Positions 10,413 through 20,163 of a stretch of DNA of 64,000 nucleotides are shown here, piece by piece; the stretch's first letter is position 1, and every line of letters starts with the position of its first letter. The DNA is taken from contig JBEKUJ010000001.1 in assembly GCA_049515135.1 (NCBI GenBank), forward strand, positions 41,593 to 105,592, given 5' to 3'. Position numbers and translations under genes: made by a program. This DNA is from Spirochaetia bacterium (GTDB lineage: Bacteria > Spirochaetota > Spirochaetia > SZUA-6 > Fen-1364). The notes under the pieces are model-generated. The model searched no databases and was not told where the DNA came from. It was given only the letters and a program-made list of their open reading frames with translations.

Positions 10413-11339
10413 TCAGTGTCCGTGGATCAGCGCCACCTCTGCCGATTCCGCCGTGGTGCTCTTTTCGCTCTGAGCTTGTTCCACGAAGAAGTAGTCTTTC
10501 ACCCCCAGGACGTCCCCGAAGGTGTTGAAAACATCGCCGGACAACCAGTGAGCAGGTCTGGGTCCGCCGGACTTGGTGGGAATTGCAAGCCCGGTGTTGA
10601 TCACCTTTCCCTGCTCGTCCCTTGCCGCCGTGGGATGAAGGAGATTCATCGTCTCTATCACCACCCCCTTGTAGAGGTTCTCATGAACGTAATGGATGGT
10701 GCCGTCTTCATCAACTGCCAGCACGATGCCTGCGTGGGTCCTCGGGTCATGAATCCGGTCCCCGTTGCCCTTGGAGTCCCACGTGTTGTCCCAGATGATG
10801 ACATCCCCGGGCCGCGGATACTTGTCAGTGTGCAGCACATTCCTTTCCTTGAGGGTCTTGTACAGCCGGCTCACCCCGTCTCCTGAGTAAAGCCCGAAAT
10901 CCTTGGTCACGTCGATCCAGAGCCGATAAAAAACGGCGCTGACCGTACCAATACAGTCAAGGACGAACCTCTTTCCGTTGACACTCACGCTTTCATTCGG
11001 CCGCTTCCCGATCAGAGTCTTGGCGGATGCAATGACCGCAAGCTCATCCTTTGTTGGCGGCTTCTGGAGCTCTTCGGGAGAACGATAGATGCCGAGCGCC
11101 TCCGCGGAGAGAGAAAACGGCGGCGCCGCGGGGTTCTGCGCGGCGGGCTGTGTGGCAGGGCGGGTTGGCGGCGCTGACTCCGCGGCCGCGGCCGGCGCTG
11201 GTTGCGCCGGCGGTGGTTGGATGACCTGCGCAGGCTTTTCCTGGGACGCCGAGGCGGGCGTCGTGGTCACGGAGGGCGTTGACGCGCATTCCGCCAGGAG
11301 AAAAACGGAGACAAGAATCAGGTACTGGACATTCTTCAT
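10413..11339 (-). CDS. Lipoprotein with CHAP / NlpC-P60-like papain-fold amidase domain (putative peptidoglycan hydrolase)
   Basis: A signal peptide plus lipobox (LLAEC) is followed by a Pro/Ala-rich linker. The domain has candidate catalytic Cys (VLDCIGTVSAVFYRL) and His (GDVIIWD...HAGIVLAV...YVHEN), which fits the CHAP or NlpC/P60 family. Confidence 0.55.
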   Translation of the reverse strand: MKNVQYLILVSVFLLAECASTPSVTTTPASASQEKPAQVIQPPPAQPAPAAAAESAPPTRPATQPAAQNPAAPPFSLSAEALGIYRSPEELQKPPTKDELAVIASAKTLIGKRPNESVSVNGKRFVLDCIGTVSAVFYRLWIDVTKDFGLYSGDGVSRLYKTLKERNVLHTDKYPRPGDVIIWDNTWDSKGNGDRIHDPRTHAGIVLAVDEDGTIHYVHENLYKGVVIETMNLLHPTAARDEQGKVINTGLAIPTKSGGPRPAHWLSGDVFNTFGDVLGVKDYFFVEQAQSEKSTTAESAEVALIHGH

Positions 11340-11407
11340 AACGGCCTCCGCGCTTCTTGGGTCTTATCAGCTCCCAGCGTATCACATTCCCTGCAGAGCA
11401 CAACTCC

Positions 11408-13417
11408 TCATGGAGTTTTTTTCTCTTCGGGAGGTACCCTGGCCTTGGCCAGGGCCTTGTACGCGCCGGTACCCTTCAGTTTCTCGTTGCCCGCGGCGTA
11501 ATCAAAAGCGGTCTTGCCGTCGTTTGACTTGAGCGTGCCGTCCGCCCCGGCCTTCAACAAAGTCATAATGACGGCAGGGTTCTTGTTCTCCTTTGCCGCC
11601 AGCATCAAAGGCGTCCGGCCGTCGGGGCTCTGGTCGTCGACTTTGGCCCCTGCCTTGAGAAGAATTGTGACGACCCTGGGGTTCTGATTGCGCTGCGCCG
11701 CGTACATCAAAGGCGTCCAATCATCTTCGTCCCTGTCGTCCACCTTCGCGCCTTTGGTTATGGCCGCTTGCACCTGTTCAGGCGTCCCGGTGCGCACAAA
11801 CTCAAAGAAGTCCTGCGCTTTTTCCAGGGCGTTGCATGCGGCAGTACTTTTCAGATTCCCGTTGTCAGTGGCGTACTCAAAGGCCGTCCTGCCTGTGCTG
11901 GACTTGGGGTCGCCCTTTGCCCCTGCTTTCAACAGAACCATGACGACCTCGGGGTTTGTGCTCTTTCTCGCAGCCAGCATCAAGGGCGTCCAACCGCTGG
12001 GGTCCTGATCGTTGACCTTGGCCCCTGCCTTCAACAATGTCGTGATGACAGCGGGGTCGTGGTTGCACTCCGCCGCGTACATCAAGGGCGTCCAGCCATC
12101 CTCGTCTCGGTCGTCAACCTTCGCGCCGTTGGCTATGACCCCCTGCACCTGCTCGGGCGCCGCGGTACGCACAAACTCGAAGAAAGCCTGCGCTTTCTCC
12201 AATGCCCCGTACGCGTCTGCAGTCTTCAAGCTCTCGTTGCCCTGAGCATAGTCAAAGGCGGTCTTCCCGTCGCTGGACTTGAGCTCGCCGTTTGCTCCTG
12301 CATCGAGCAGGGTCATGATGACCTCAGGGTTGCTGTTCCTTCTGGCCGCCAGCATCAAGGGCGTGCGGCCGTCAGGGGTCCGGTCGTTGACATTGGCCCC
12401 TGCCTGCAGCAGAGTCGTGATGACAGCGGGTTCAAGGTTGCGCTCCGCCGCGTACATCAAGGGCGTCCAGTTATCCTGGTCTCGGGAGTCGACCTTCGCG
12501 CCTTTGGCTACTGCGGCCTGCACCTCCTCTGTCGCCCCTCTGCGTACAAACTCGAAGAAGTTCTGCGCTTTCTCCAGCGCTTTGGACGCATCTGTTCCCT
12601 TCAGGTTCTCGTTGCCGGATGAATAGTCAAAGGCGGTATTGCCGTTGCTGGATTTGAGCTCGCCATTTGCCCCTGCCTTCAGAAGCCTCATGATGACGTC
12701 AGGGTTCCGGGTTTTCGCAGCCGCCCACATCATCGGCGTCCTGCCATCCACGTCTTGGTCGTCAAGCCGCGCACCTGCCTCCAGCAGGATGGTGATGACC
12801 CCAAGGTTGCCGCCGTTTTCGCATGCGTACATCAGCGAGGTCCGCCTTGCATTGTCTTTGTCATTGACGTCGGCTCCGGCGGACAGCAAAGTCGTCGTGA
12901 CCTCAACGTTGCTGTTGTAGCGCACCGCTTTGATCAGGGGCGTCATGCCATACCCGTCCTTGTCATCAAGTTTCGCCCCGGCTTTCAATATTGCGGTGAT
13001 GACCTCGGGACTTCTGCTTTGCTCCGACGCCCACAGCAAGGGTGTCTGGCCATCCTCGTCCCTGTCATTGATGTTGGCTCCGGCTTCCAGGAGGGCAGAG
13101 AGGACCTCGAGGTTCGGGTTGCGCGCTGCCGCGAACATCAGGGGCGTCATGCCGTCCTTGTTCCGCCCGCCGAGCTTTGCCCCGGCCTCCAGCAAGGTTG
13201 TTATGACCGCGGGATTCCCGCTGAACGCTGCGGCAATCATCAGCGGCGTCGAGCCGTCCCTGTCCCTCCCGCTGACTTCGGCCCCGTCAGTTATGGCTGC
13301 CTGGACCTGCTCCGGTGTTCCGGTTCTGACCAGCTCCATGAGGTCCGCTGAATCTTCCGCAAAGGCGGCCGGGGCGATGAACAGGCACGCGAACAGAATC
13401 ACTTCCAACCTTTTCAT
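11408..13417 (-). CDS. Secreted ankyrin-repeat protein with about 20 ANK repeats organised as 4 diverged ~125-aa super-repeats
   Basis: Canonical ANK motifs recur (G.TPLM.AA..N.NPEVI..LL.AGA). I prefer the internal ATG at 13417 (MKRLEVILFACLFIAPAAFAEDSA), which gives a clean signal peptide and is preceded by the ORF-track start at 13555. The module FEFVR.G.PEQVQAAI..GAKVDDRDEDGWTPLMYAA...LKS.DGKTAFDYA.GNE.LK...A..ALEKAQ.F occurs four times. Confidence 0.8.
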   Translation of the reverse strand: MKRLEVILFACLFIAPAAFAEDSADLMELVRTGTPEQVQAAITDGAEVSGRDRDGSTPLMIAAAFSGNPAVITTLLEAGAKLGGRNKDGMTPLMFAAARNPNLEVLSALLEAGANINDRDEDGQTPLLWASEQSRSPEVITAILKAGAKLDDKDGYGMTPLIKAVRYNSNVEVTTTLLSAGADVNDKDNARRTSLMYACENGGNLGVITILLEAGARLDDQDVDGRTPMMWAAAKTRNPDVIMRLLKAGANGELKSSNGNTAFDYSSGNENLKGTDASKALEKAQNFFEFVRRGATEEVQAAVAKGAKVDSRDQDNWTPLMYAAERNLEPAVITTLLQAGANVNDRTPDGRTPLMLAARRNSNPEVIMTLLDAGANGELKSSDGKTAFDYAQGNESLKTADAYGALEKAQAFFEFVRTAAPEQVQGVIANGAKVDDRDEDGWTPLMYAAECNHDPAVITTLLKAGAKVNDQDPSGWTPLMLAARKSTNPEVVMVLLKAGAKGDPKSSTGRTAFEYATDNGNLKSTAACNALEKAQDFFEFVRTGTPEQVQAAITKGAKVDDRDEDDWTPLMYAAQRNQNPRVVTILLKAGAKVDDQSPDGRTPLMLAAKENKNPAVIMTLLKAGADGTLKSNDGKTAFDYAAGNEKLKGTGAYKALAKARVPPEEKKTP
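11440..12660. repeat. Diverged tandem DNA repeats of about 375 bp (3-4 units) inside the ankyrin-repeat gene
   Basis: Similar blocks start near 11461, 11840, 12210 and 12585 (for example acgcgccggtacccttcagtttctcgttgcc / ggcagtacttttcagattcccgttgtcag / acgcgtctgcagtcttcaagctctcgttgcc / gacgcatctgttcccttcaggttctcgttgcc). I estimate about 70% identity. Confidence 0.6.
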
Positions 13418-13466
13418 GAACTTCCCTTCCGGATTGCACATTCTCTTTCTCCTTTTCATGAAGGTC

Positions 13467-14120
13467 TTACTTTTCTTCGTAATCTCCCGCGAGATCCATG
13501 ACGCACACAAAGCCGAACCTGGGGTGAGGGCCAACAGCAATGCCCACCGTTCCAAAAGCTGAATTGAAAATATTCAAGCGATGGCCACGGGAGGGGACTC
13601 CGTCGTCCACGATGAGCTGGATGACGATCTGTCTGGCATTGTCCGGACCGTACGCGCAGTTTTCGCCGGCTGTTTTCTTCCACTTCCCATAGCGATTCAT
13701 TCTCACGAAAGGCGATGAGCCATCGGAGCCGTCGTGGCCCGTTGCGCCTGTCTTGCCCTGATCCTTCGCCTGGTCCTTGGCGGCCTGGGAAAGTCCTTTG
13801 GAAGCCGAGAATGGACGGAACGGAGATTGTCTCTTGAGAAAGGCAATTGCCTCGTCAACTGCCTTCGTGCCCTCACTGAGCCTGACGCCGATTTCCCCCT
13901 TGTATTCGAGGACGCCATGATGGATGTGCGAGCGGTAATCGAGGAGAATGGCGACATACTCTGCCGGCGAGGTGCGAGCGCGATTGAGCTCCTGAAGCAC
14001 CTCGGCCTCCGTCCGGTCCAGAAAAGCGTAGTCGGCGAGGTCCTTGGCGTAGGCGACAGAAGCGAGCAGGAGGCACACCGACACGACTATCAACAGCCTT
14101 CCCGTGCGTTTCCTTCCCAT
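13467..14120 (-). CDS. Secreted CAP/SCP/PR-1-like (YkwD-type) domain protein
   Basis: A signal peptide (LLIVVSVCLLLASVAYA) is followed by CAP-family motifs (GHDGSDGSSPFVRMNRYG, GENCAYG, GHRLNIFNSAFGTVGIAVG). Confidence 0.7.
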   Translation of the reverse strand: MGRKRTGRLLIVVSVCLLLASVAYAKDLADYAFLDRTEAEVLQELNRARTSPAEYVAILLDYRSHIHHGVLEYKGEIGVRLSEGTKAVDEAIAFLKRQSPFRPFSASKGLSQAAKDQAKDQGKTGATGHDGSDGSSPFVRMNRYGKWKKTAGENCAYGPDNARQIVIQLIVDDGVPSRGHRLNIFNSAFGTVGIAVGPHPRFGFVCVMDLAGDYEEK

Positions 14121-14236
14121 GGCGACATTCTATCATCTCTCTCCAGGAGACGCACGCCGCCGTACGCTCCGCAGCTGACTGTCATCCCGCCGTTTTCCCA
14201 TCGACAGAAAGTCGATTCTTCTGGTATCGTTGCGCG

Positions 14237-15436
14237 ATGGCTTTTTCGCCGGCGTCCCGCTCGCTTCTTCCGGGCGCCTTTCTGGCTGCGCTCCTGCCAA
14301 CCCTTCTTTCCTGCTCTCCTCCTGCCCGCCGCGCCGTGTACTATTGGAAGACGGCGCAGGGTCCTTCCCTGCAGGAGATAGCCCGCGCGGACCAGTTGGG
14401 GGCGGACAGGCTTTACGTGAGGATGTTCGATGTGGAGTCCAAAGGCGCGGCTTCTCCTGCCCTGACCTCCTCCGTCGCGGAGCGTTGGTCGTGGACTGAT
14501 GGAGGAAATCGCGAGATTGTTCCCGTTGTGTATGTCGTAAACGATATCTTTGCGGCGGCAGGTTTCCAGCCGGCACAAGCCGCCGGCTCACTCCTTGCAG
14601 GAGTCTCCCGGGTCTGGGGAACAGGGAGCCCTGCATGGAAAGAGCTGCAGGTGGACTGCGACTGGACGGCGTCCACGCGCGCGGCGTACTTCGCTCTTCT
14701 TGCAGCCCTCCGGCAACACCTTGGCGCTCAGGGAAAGAGCCTGAGCGCAACCATCCGGCTCCACCAGGTAAAGTATCGAAATCTGTCCGGAGTGCCGCCC
14801 GTTGATCGCGGCATGCTCATGGCGTACAACCTCCTTCCCCCGAACGATGCCGGGGAGAAGTCCGCCATCCTGGACAATGACGAGCTTGAAGGGTACCTGG
14901 CATCGGTGAAAAGCTATCCCCTGCCTCTGGACGCCGCCCTGCCGATGTTCGCCTGGGTGATCCAATGGGAGGGGGAGCGGCTCATCGGCCTGATCGACGA
15001 TGCGCGGGCAATCGCGGAGCTTGCCGGCCCCGGGTTTGCGCGTGTCGGACCTGATCGCTTTGTAGCCCTTGATCGAGGTTCCCTTGCAGGGCGCTCTGTT
15101 GAAAAAGGAGATGTCTTTGTCATCGACAGGCCGGGACCGGAGGCGGTGCGCCAGACGGCCGTGAAGCTTTGCTCGGCTCTGCGTCCCCAGGCCCGTTGGA
15201 TCGCGCTCTACCATCTTGATTCCAACGTCATGGACGCGTTCACCGGAGGAGACTATGCAAGGATTGAGGCGATTTACGATGCTCTTGGCGCTCGCAGGGG
15301 TCGCGGTGTTCCGGCTCCCCGCGTGCGGTCCAGGCCCTTTTGTCGGAGAAGCGGCATTCGCGGGAAGCGATCAACTGACATGCTTCTCGTGGTCCGAAGC
15401 GGGGGATCCGATCTTCCTTCCGCTCCTTTCCACTGA
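14237..15436 (+). CDS. Lipoprotein of unknown function (possibly a TIM-barrel glycoside-hydrolase-like fold; low confidence)
   Basis: It has a signal peptide and lipobox (LLPTLLSC). The GC3 bias supports coding through most of its length. The last ~60 codons are Arg-rich and overlap the next gene in another frame, so the true end is uncertain. Confidence 0.45.
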   Translation: MAFSPASRSLLPGAFLAALLPTLLSCSPPARRAVYYWKTAQGPSLQEIARADQLGADRLYVRMFDVESKGAASPALTSSVAERWSWTDGGNREIVPVVYVVNDIFAAAGFQPAQAAGSLLAGVSRVWGTGSPAWKELQVDCDWTASTRAAYFALLAALRQHLGAQGKSLSATIRLHQVKYRNLSGVPPVDRGMLMAYNLLPPNDAGEKSAILDNDELEGYLASVKSYPLPLDAALPMFAWVIQWEGERLIGLIDDARAIAELAGPGFARVGPDRFVALDRGSLAGRSVEKGDVFVIDRPGPEAVRQTAVKLCSALRPQARWIALYHLDSNVMDAFTGGDYARIEAIYDALGARRGRGVPAPRVRSRPFCRRSGIRGKRSTDMLLVVRSGGSDLPSAPFH

Positions 15437-17612
15437 GGAAGACACGCAAGCCCGCTATGACGGGCGGGAAGCGGAGCGGGAAGCGGAGCTTGACTCCTAC
15501 GCCCGGGACTGGTCTTCTTTCCTGGAGCTTGGCTCCTCGCAGGCCGCCCGCGATCTCGCTCACTCCATGCTTTCAGACGATGACCCGGCCGGCTTCTTCC
15601 GGCAGAAGGTGCTCCAGCGCGTGCCCGGCAACGTCGCCTTCCGGTCCGACGACGTGCAGCGCTATCTTGCGCTGATGACGCGGGCAGGAAACCTTGATGC
15701 GGCAGCTGACCCTTGGGCGCCAAAAGAGCCTCAGCAGGACCTGTCCAGCGGATGGCGGGAGCTGTTCCGCGATGCTTCTGCCGCGCAGGACCGCAAGGGA
15801 CTTTCTCCGTTCCTCCAGGCCCGGCTGGCTTACCTGGTTCTACGCGCGGCCACCCAGTCCGGTTCTCCGCAGAAAGCGCTGGACATCTACCAGGGTACTT
15901 TCGCCGGCAAACCAGCATCCCTTTTGAGATTCAAGGCATGGTCATACGCAGCGCGCGCCGCGCTCAAGCTCGGCGACGTGACCCGGGCGGCCCAGTGGTA
16001 CCTTGCCATCCTGGACCAGTTCCCGTCTCTGCAGTTCGCAATGGAGGAATCCCTCGGATCCTTGAACCTCGATGACCCGGCATGGGACTCGCTCTCCGAC
16101 TCTCTGCCCGCAGGCCATCGGCGGGCGGTTGCCGCCTTTGTGCGAGCCCTTTTTGATCCACACGTGGAGACGACACGGTACATGGAGACCATCGACGCTG
16201 AGGAGCCTGGCTCTCCCCACCTGGGGAAGCTCTTCATCAGATCGCTTCGGGCGATCGACGAGGTCCGATTTCCGAGGGTGTTTGCCGGCTATGCGGCCCC
16301 CGGGGCAGCCCTTTCCCAGTCCGTTGCGGCGCCTTCCAGCCCCGGCCCGATGCAAATCGATGACGGCAAATTGCAGGCGCTTCTCGACTTCGCGCTCGGT
16401 GTGATTGGGCGGAACAGAGAATGGAATGCCGGACTCTGGCAGGCAGGGACCGCGCATCTGGCGCTTCTCCTTGGACACGTCGACGACGCGCAGGCCGTGC
16501 TGGAGCAAGCGCGGTCCCAGGAGCAGCAGTTCTCCGCCCCGGGGAAAGGGGCGCTGGCCGTTGAGCGCCTCCTCGCCGCCCTTGCACGGGGCCGGCCGGA
16601 GGGGGAATTGCAGTCTCTGCTGCCGGACGCACTGTCAGTGCTGGATACGATGGCAAAGGACGGTGACACGGCCCCCCGGGAGGCGGTGTTCGGAGCGCTG
16701 GGGCTCAGGAGGCTCGCGCAGGGCGATGCGCCCCGAGCGACTCTGGCGTTCACCGTGGCCGGCTACTCTGAGACGGTCCGGTTCATGCTGGACATGTACG
16801 ACACGCCCTCGGACCTCCAGGCCCTGGAGCATCTCCTGGCTTCCCCGCCGGAAACAGAGAGCGCGGCCGGGGCGGCCCGGTTTCCCTTCAAGGCTTCAGA
16901 CCTGGAGTACATGCGCGGCGTGCGCCTTCTGCGCGCCGGTTCCTTCGATGCGGCAGCGCAGGTGATGGGATCCCTCCCGGCCGGCTTCTGGAAGGCCGGG
17001 CCGAAAAAGAACGACGCCACTTTCAATGAGCAGTACGCCAGCGCGCCCATGTTCTCCCTGTGGATAGCCAGCGGCGATATGAACGACCCGTCGGTGAAGC
17101 CGCGGCTCATCCGCAAGGACGTCCTTGCGCGGCGCCTGGCGGAGCTGAAGCGCGCGGCAGATTCCACAACTCTGGGCTGGATGTACCTGTCCACACCATA
17201 TATCGGGTACAACGACCTTCTCTGGAACGGCGATATGATCGAGGTGCTCAAGCGGGCCTCTCTTGACGGGGGTTGGCCCTTCGTGACGAGAGACCTCGCC
17301 GGCAGGGCCACCGAACGGATGCGTGACTTCCTGGACGAGTATGATTCCAACGGGATCGCTTCCCGGTATCTTAAGACCTCCCTGGATCGTGAGAAGGTCA
17401 CCGAGAGAGCCGCCCGGCTGGCCCTGGGGCTCTGGCGGTCACTGACGGACCGCTCCTACACGGAAAGCGCCGGCACCCCGTCCGGACGGCCGGCGGCGGA
17501 TGCTCACAACGTCGCCGTTACGATCGCGGGGAAATACGGGCGGACATCAGTGGTCCGGGAATATCGCGGCAGCTTTGACGACGGCTGTCCCGGGCTGGAG
17601 CTGACCCGATAA
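15255..17612 (+). CDS. Large lipoprotein of unknown function (about 785 aa)
   Basis: The long ORF has a coding-like GC3 bias. Likely starts are ATG 15255 or 15279 (MLLALAGVAVFRLPACGP, a signal peptide plus lipobox-like Cys); the track start is 15216. I could identify no domain by eye. Confidence 0.5.
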   Translation: MQGLRRFTMLLALAGVAVFRLPACGPGPFVGEAAFAGSDQLTCFSWSEAGDPIFLPLLSTEEDTQARYDGREAEREAELDSYARDWSSFLELGSSQAARDLAHSMLSDDDPAGFFRQKVLQRVPGNVAFRSDDVQRYLALMTRAGNLDAAADPWAPKEPQQDLSSGWRELFRDASAAQDRKGLSPFLQARLAYLVLRAATQSGSPQKALDIYQGTFAGKPASLLRFKAWSYAARAALKLGDVTRAAQWYLAILDQFPSLQFAMEESLGSLNLDDPAWDSLSDSLPAGHRRAVAAFVRALFDPHVETTRYMETIDAEEPGSPHLGKLFIRSLRAIDEVRFPRVFAGYAAPGAALSQSVAAPSSPGPMQIDDGKLQALLDFALGVIGRNREWNAGLWQAGTAHLALLLGHVDDAQAVLEQARSQEQQFSAPGKGALAVERLLAALARGRPEGELQSLLPDALSVLDTMAKDGDTAPREAVFGALGLRRLAQGDAPRATLAFTVAGYSETVRFMLDMYDTPSDLQALEHLLASPPETESAAGAARFPFKASDLEYMRGVRLLRAGSFDAAAQVMGSLPAGFWKAGPKKNDATFNEQYASAPMFSLWIASGDMNDPSVKPRLIRKDVLARRLAELKRAADSTTLGWMYLSTPYIGYNDLLWNGDMIEVLKRASLDGGWPFVTRDLAGRATERMRDFLDEYDSNGIASRYLKTSLDREKVTERAARLALGLWRSLTDRSYTESAGTPSGRPAADAHNVAVTIAGKYGRTSVVREYRGSFDDGCPGLELTR

Positions 17613-17738
17613 CTGTATCCGCGCGCAATCATGCAAAGACGAATGGATGACCTCTGCAAGCGAAACCCCCGCGCAGCTCTCTCTCAAGAAGTACTGACGG
17701 TGAGGAGGCTCGGGACCGCTCTTGGCGGCCGGACCTGA

Positions 17739-19144
17739 CTAGTCCCCGGAGACCGCCTCTTCTTCCACCGGCTCGGAACCGTCCAGCACCGCTTCCCCAG
17801 CCACAGAGGGTTGAACCGCCCATACCGGAGAGTGAGCAGCCAGACTGTCGATGGTGGCCCGCACCCACCAGTATCCGGCAAACGCCACAATCAGGTTCGT
17901 CCCCGCCAAGGCAATCCACGCGGCTCGCAACGGCTGGTTCAGGGGATGAAGCAGAAGGTAGGCGGCGGGGATTGCAACCGCGACCCGTATCAACGTCAAC
18001 AGGAACCCCGGCCATGAACGGCCCATGCCCTGCAGAGAGCTGATCTCCACATTCATCATTGCATACAGGCCGTAGGTGAAGGGGATGGTAAGGAAGTACG
18101 CGCGCGCATACTCGTTCACGCGCGGGTCTTTGGTGAATACGCCGATGATCTGGTTGCTGAACGCGGCCACCAGCAGGCCAAACAACGTTGCAATCCCGAA
18201 TCCCCAGACCAGGGCGGAACGGTAGGCTGCCCGCACACGGTCGAAGTTCCTGGCGCCCGTGCTCTGGCCCATTATTGCCATCGCGGCTATTCCGAACCCG
18301 ATTGCAGGCAGGTAGGCAAAGAACTCCACGCGGAACCCGATGGAGAAGCTGATGGCCCCCGCTTCCTGGAACCTGCTTGAGATGATCAGGGTGAGTAGAG
18401 ACAGGGAAAGAGGCCCGATCACGTTCGTCAACGCGGCGGGGAAACCGATGTTCAGGACCTCCCGTACCGCCGCCCACCGGATGCGCAGGCGGGACCACTT
18501 CAGCGCAACCATCATTCTGGCCCTCTTCAGGATGACCAGACCCGCGACAAAGACCATGAGCTGGGCAAGGAGCGTCGCCAGCGCGGAGCCGCTGATCCCC
18601 AGGGCCGGGAACCCCAACCACCCGAAGATCATGACGGGGTTCAAGGCGGCGTTGATGATGGTCGAAATGACGAACAGGACAGTCACGGTCTTGTTGTCGC
18701 CCTGGGAGCTGAAAGCAAAGACCACGGAAAACATCAGGAAGACAAGGATGGATCCACCTGAAACCCATGTGAAATACTGAAGGGCAAGGGGCAGGATGGA
18801 GCCCGTGGCACCAGAGGCAACCAGGAGCTGCGTCCGGAAGCTCAGCGAGATCGCAGTGAAGATGACGCCCGCGATTGCTGAGAGCAGGAATGACTGGCCA
18901 AGGACGCGCTCAGCCTCTGCGATGTCCCTGCGCCCTATGCTCATCGCCATGAGCACGCCGGAGCCCACCGTGATCCCCATGCTGAGGGACACCATGATGA
19001 ACAAAGTGATCTGTGAGATGCTCACCGCTGCGATGGCTTCCGGGGCGAGCTTGCTGACCCAGAACGCGTCAACGGCGTTGTACAGGGTCTGGAAAAATAT
19101 CGAAAGCATCACAGGCCATGCCAGCGACCACATCTGCGGCATGA
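17739..19144 (-). CDS. MATE family multidrug/oligosaccharide efflux transporter
   Basis: It has 12 TM segments and a MATE-like N-terminus (MPQMWSLAWPVMLSIFFQTLYNAVDAFWVSKL). I prefer the internal ATG at 19144, giving about 467 aa; the track ORF extends to 19286. Confidence 0.8.
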
Positions 19145-19362
19145 GCCTGCCCTGCGTCAGGTCCTGTCCGTGCACAAGTTCCTCCTCAGAACGCGCCGCG
19201 ACGCTGCCCCGCGGCCGGCGTCGCGTGTTCCAAGGATAGTAACCAGGGGAAAGGGTCGGCAACAGGAATCTCGAAGGATGTCGCAATCAGCCGCCCAGGA
19301 TGTCGCTTTCAACCCCGGCGCAGGGCGGCGGCAGTGATGTGTGTCGGGTTCGGCGTGGCCGT

Positions 19363-20163
19363 TCAGACCTTCTCGAAAAAGCCCCCGATGATGTTTCCGC
19401 CTTCACGCACTGCGGCTTCCTGGGTCTTCTTCTTGTCGATGGGCAGCCATTCTTCCAGGGCCTGAAGTCCCGGCGGGCACACCTTCCAGCGTCCAAGGAG
19501 CTCCTGGAGCCTCTGCCTGCTCCGCCTGTAGATCGGCTGCTTCACCTGCGTGTAGAACGCGTCGAGCTGGCGCGAAACCTCGGTCACCACGTCGATGTTT
19601 GTTTCGCACAGGAACAACTTGGATCCCGGTCCCGCCCAGTTGTACAGCACCTCCATGGTGTGCGCGATCTCTTCGTCTGTCAGGAACCAGGCGATCCCGT
19701 TGAACCCAAAGGCAACCCTGCGCTCGGATCCAAGCAGCTTTTTCACCTCGTCGAGGCCGAGGAGCTCCTCCGCGCGGCTTGCGTCGCAGGCAACGAACGC
19801 GACGTTGGAGTAGTCTTTGATGACGTCCTGCGCATAGCTCACGGTGACCGGGTCGATGTCGGAGTAGATCACCACCGAGCTGCGCGGCACCACGTGATGG
19901 ATGTGATCCACCGTGGGAAGGCCGGAGGCAAAGTCCACGAAGTGAGTAAAGCCTTCGTTGACCAGGCGGTAGACCGCTTCGTTGAGGAACCATCTGATCA
20001 GGCGCACCCACTGCGGCATGGACGGCACTGCCTGAAGCAGGCCCTGCGCGGCTGTCCGATCGATCTCGAAGTTGTGGTTGCCCCCAAGGAGAAAATCATA
20101 GATCCGGCCCGCATTAGGTTGGCTTGCATCAGCAACGGACATGGGCTTGCGTTCGGTCGCCAT
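19363..20163 (-). CDS. SAM-dependent methyltransferase, DUF574 / Methyltransf_19 family
   Basis: The family-hallmark N-terminal motif GRIYDFLLGGNHNFEIDR is present in a 266-aa protein of the size typical for this family. Confidence 0.8.
   Translation of the reverse strand: MATERKPMSVADASQPNAGRIYDFLLGGNHNFEIDRTAAQGLLQAVPSMPQWVRLIRWFLNEAVYRLVNEGFTHFVDFASGLPTVDHIHHVVPRSSVVIYSDIDPVTVSYAQDVIKDYSNVAFVACDASRAEELLGLDEVKKLLGSERRVAFGFNGIAWFLTDEEIAHTMEVLYNWAGPGSKLFLCETNIDVVTEVSRQLDAFYTQVKQPIYRRSRQRLQELLGRWKVCPPGLQALEEWLPIDKKKTQEAAVREGGNIIGGFFEKV

Noticed and set aside
11768-13562. Several plus-strand ORFs (284 aa, 198 aa, 210 aa) across the ankyrin gene
   Set aside because: The minus-strand frame gives perfect ANK repeat periodicity and a signal peptide. 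The plus-strand frames are repetitive only because the DNA is repetitive.
17629-18768. 379-aa minus-strand ORF in another frame of the MATE transporter region
   Set aside because: It is Arg/Gly/Pro-rich and not hydrophobic. The MATE frame shows 12 TM helices.
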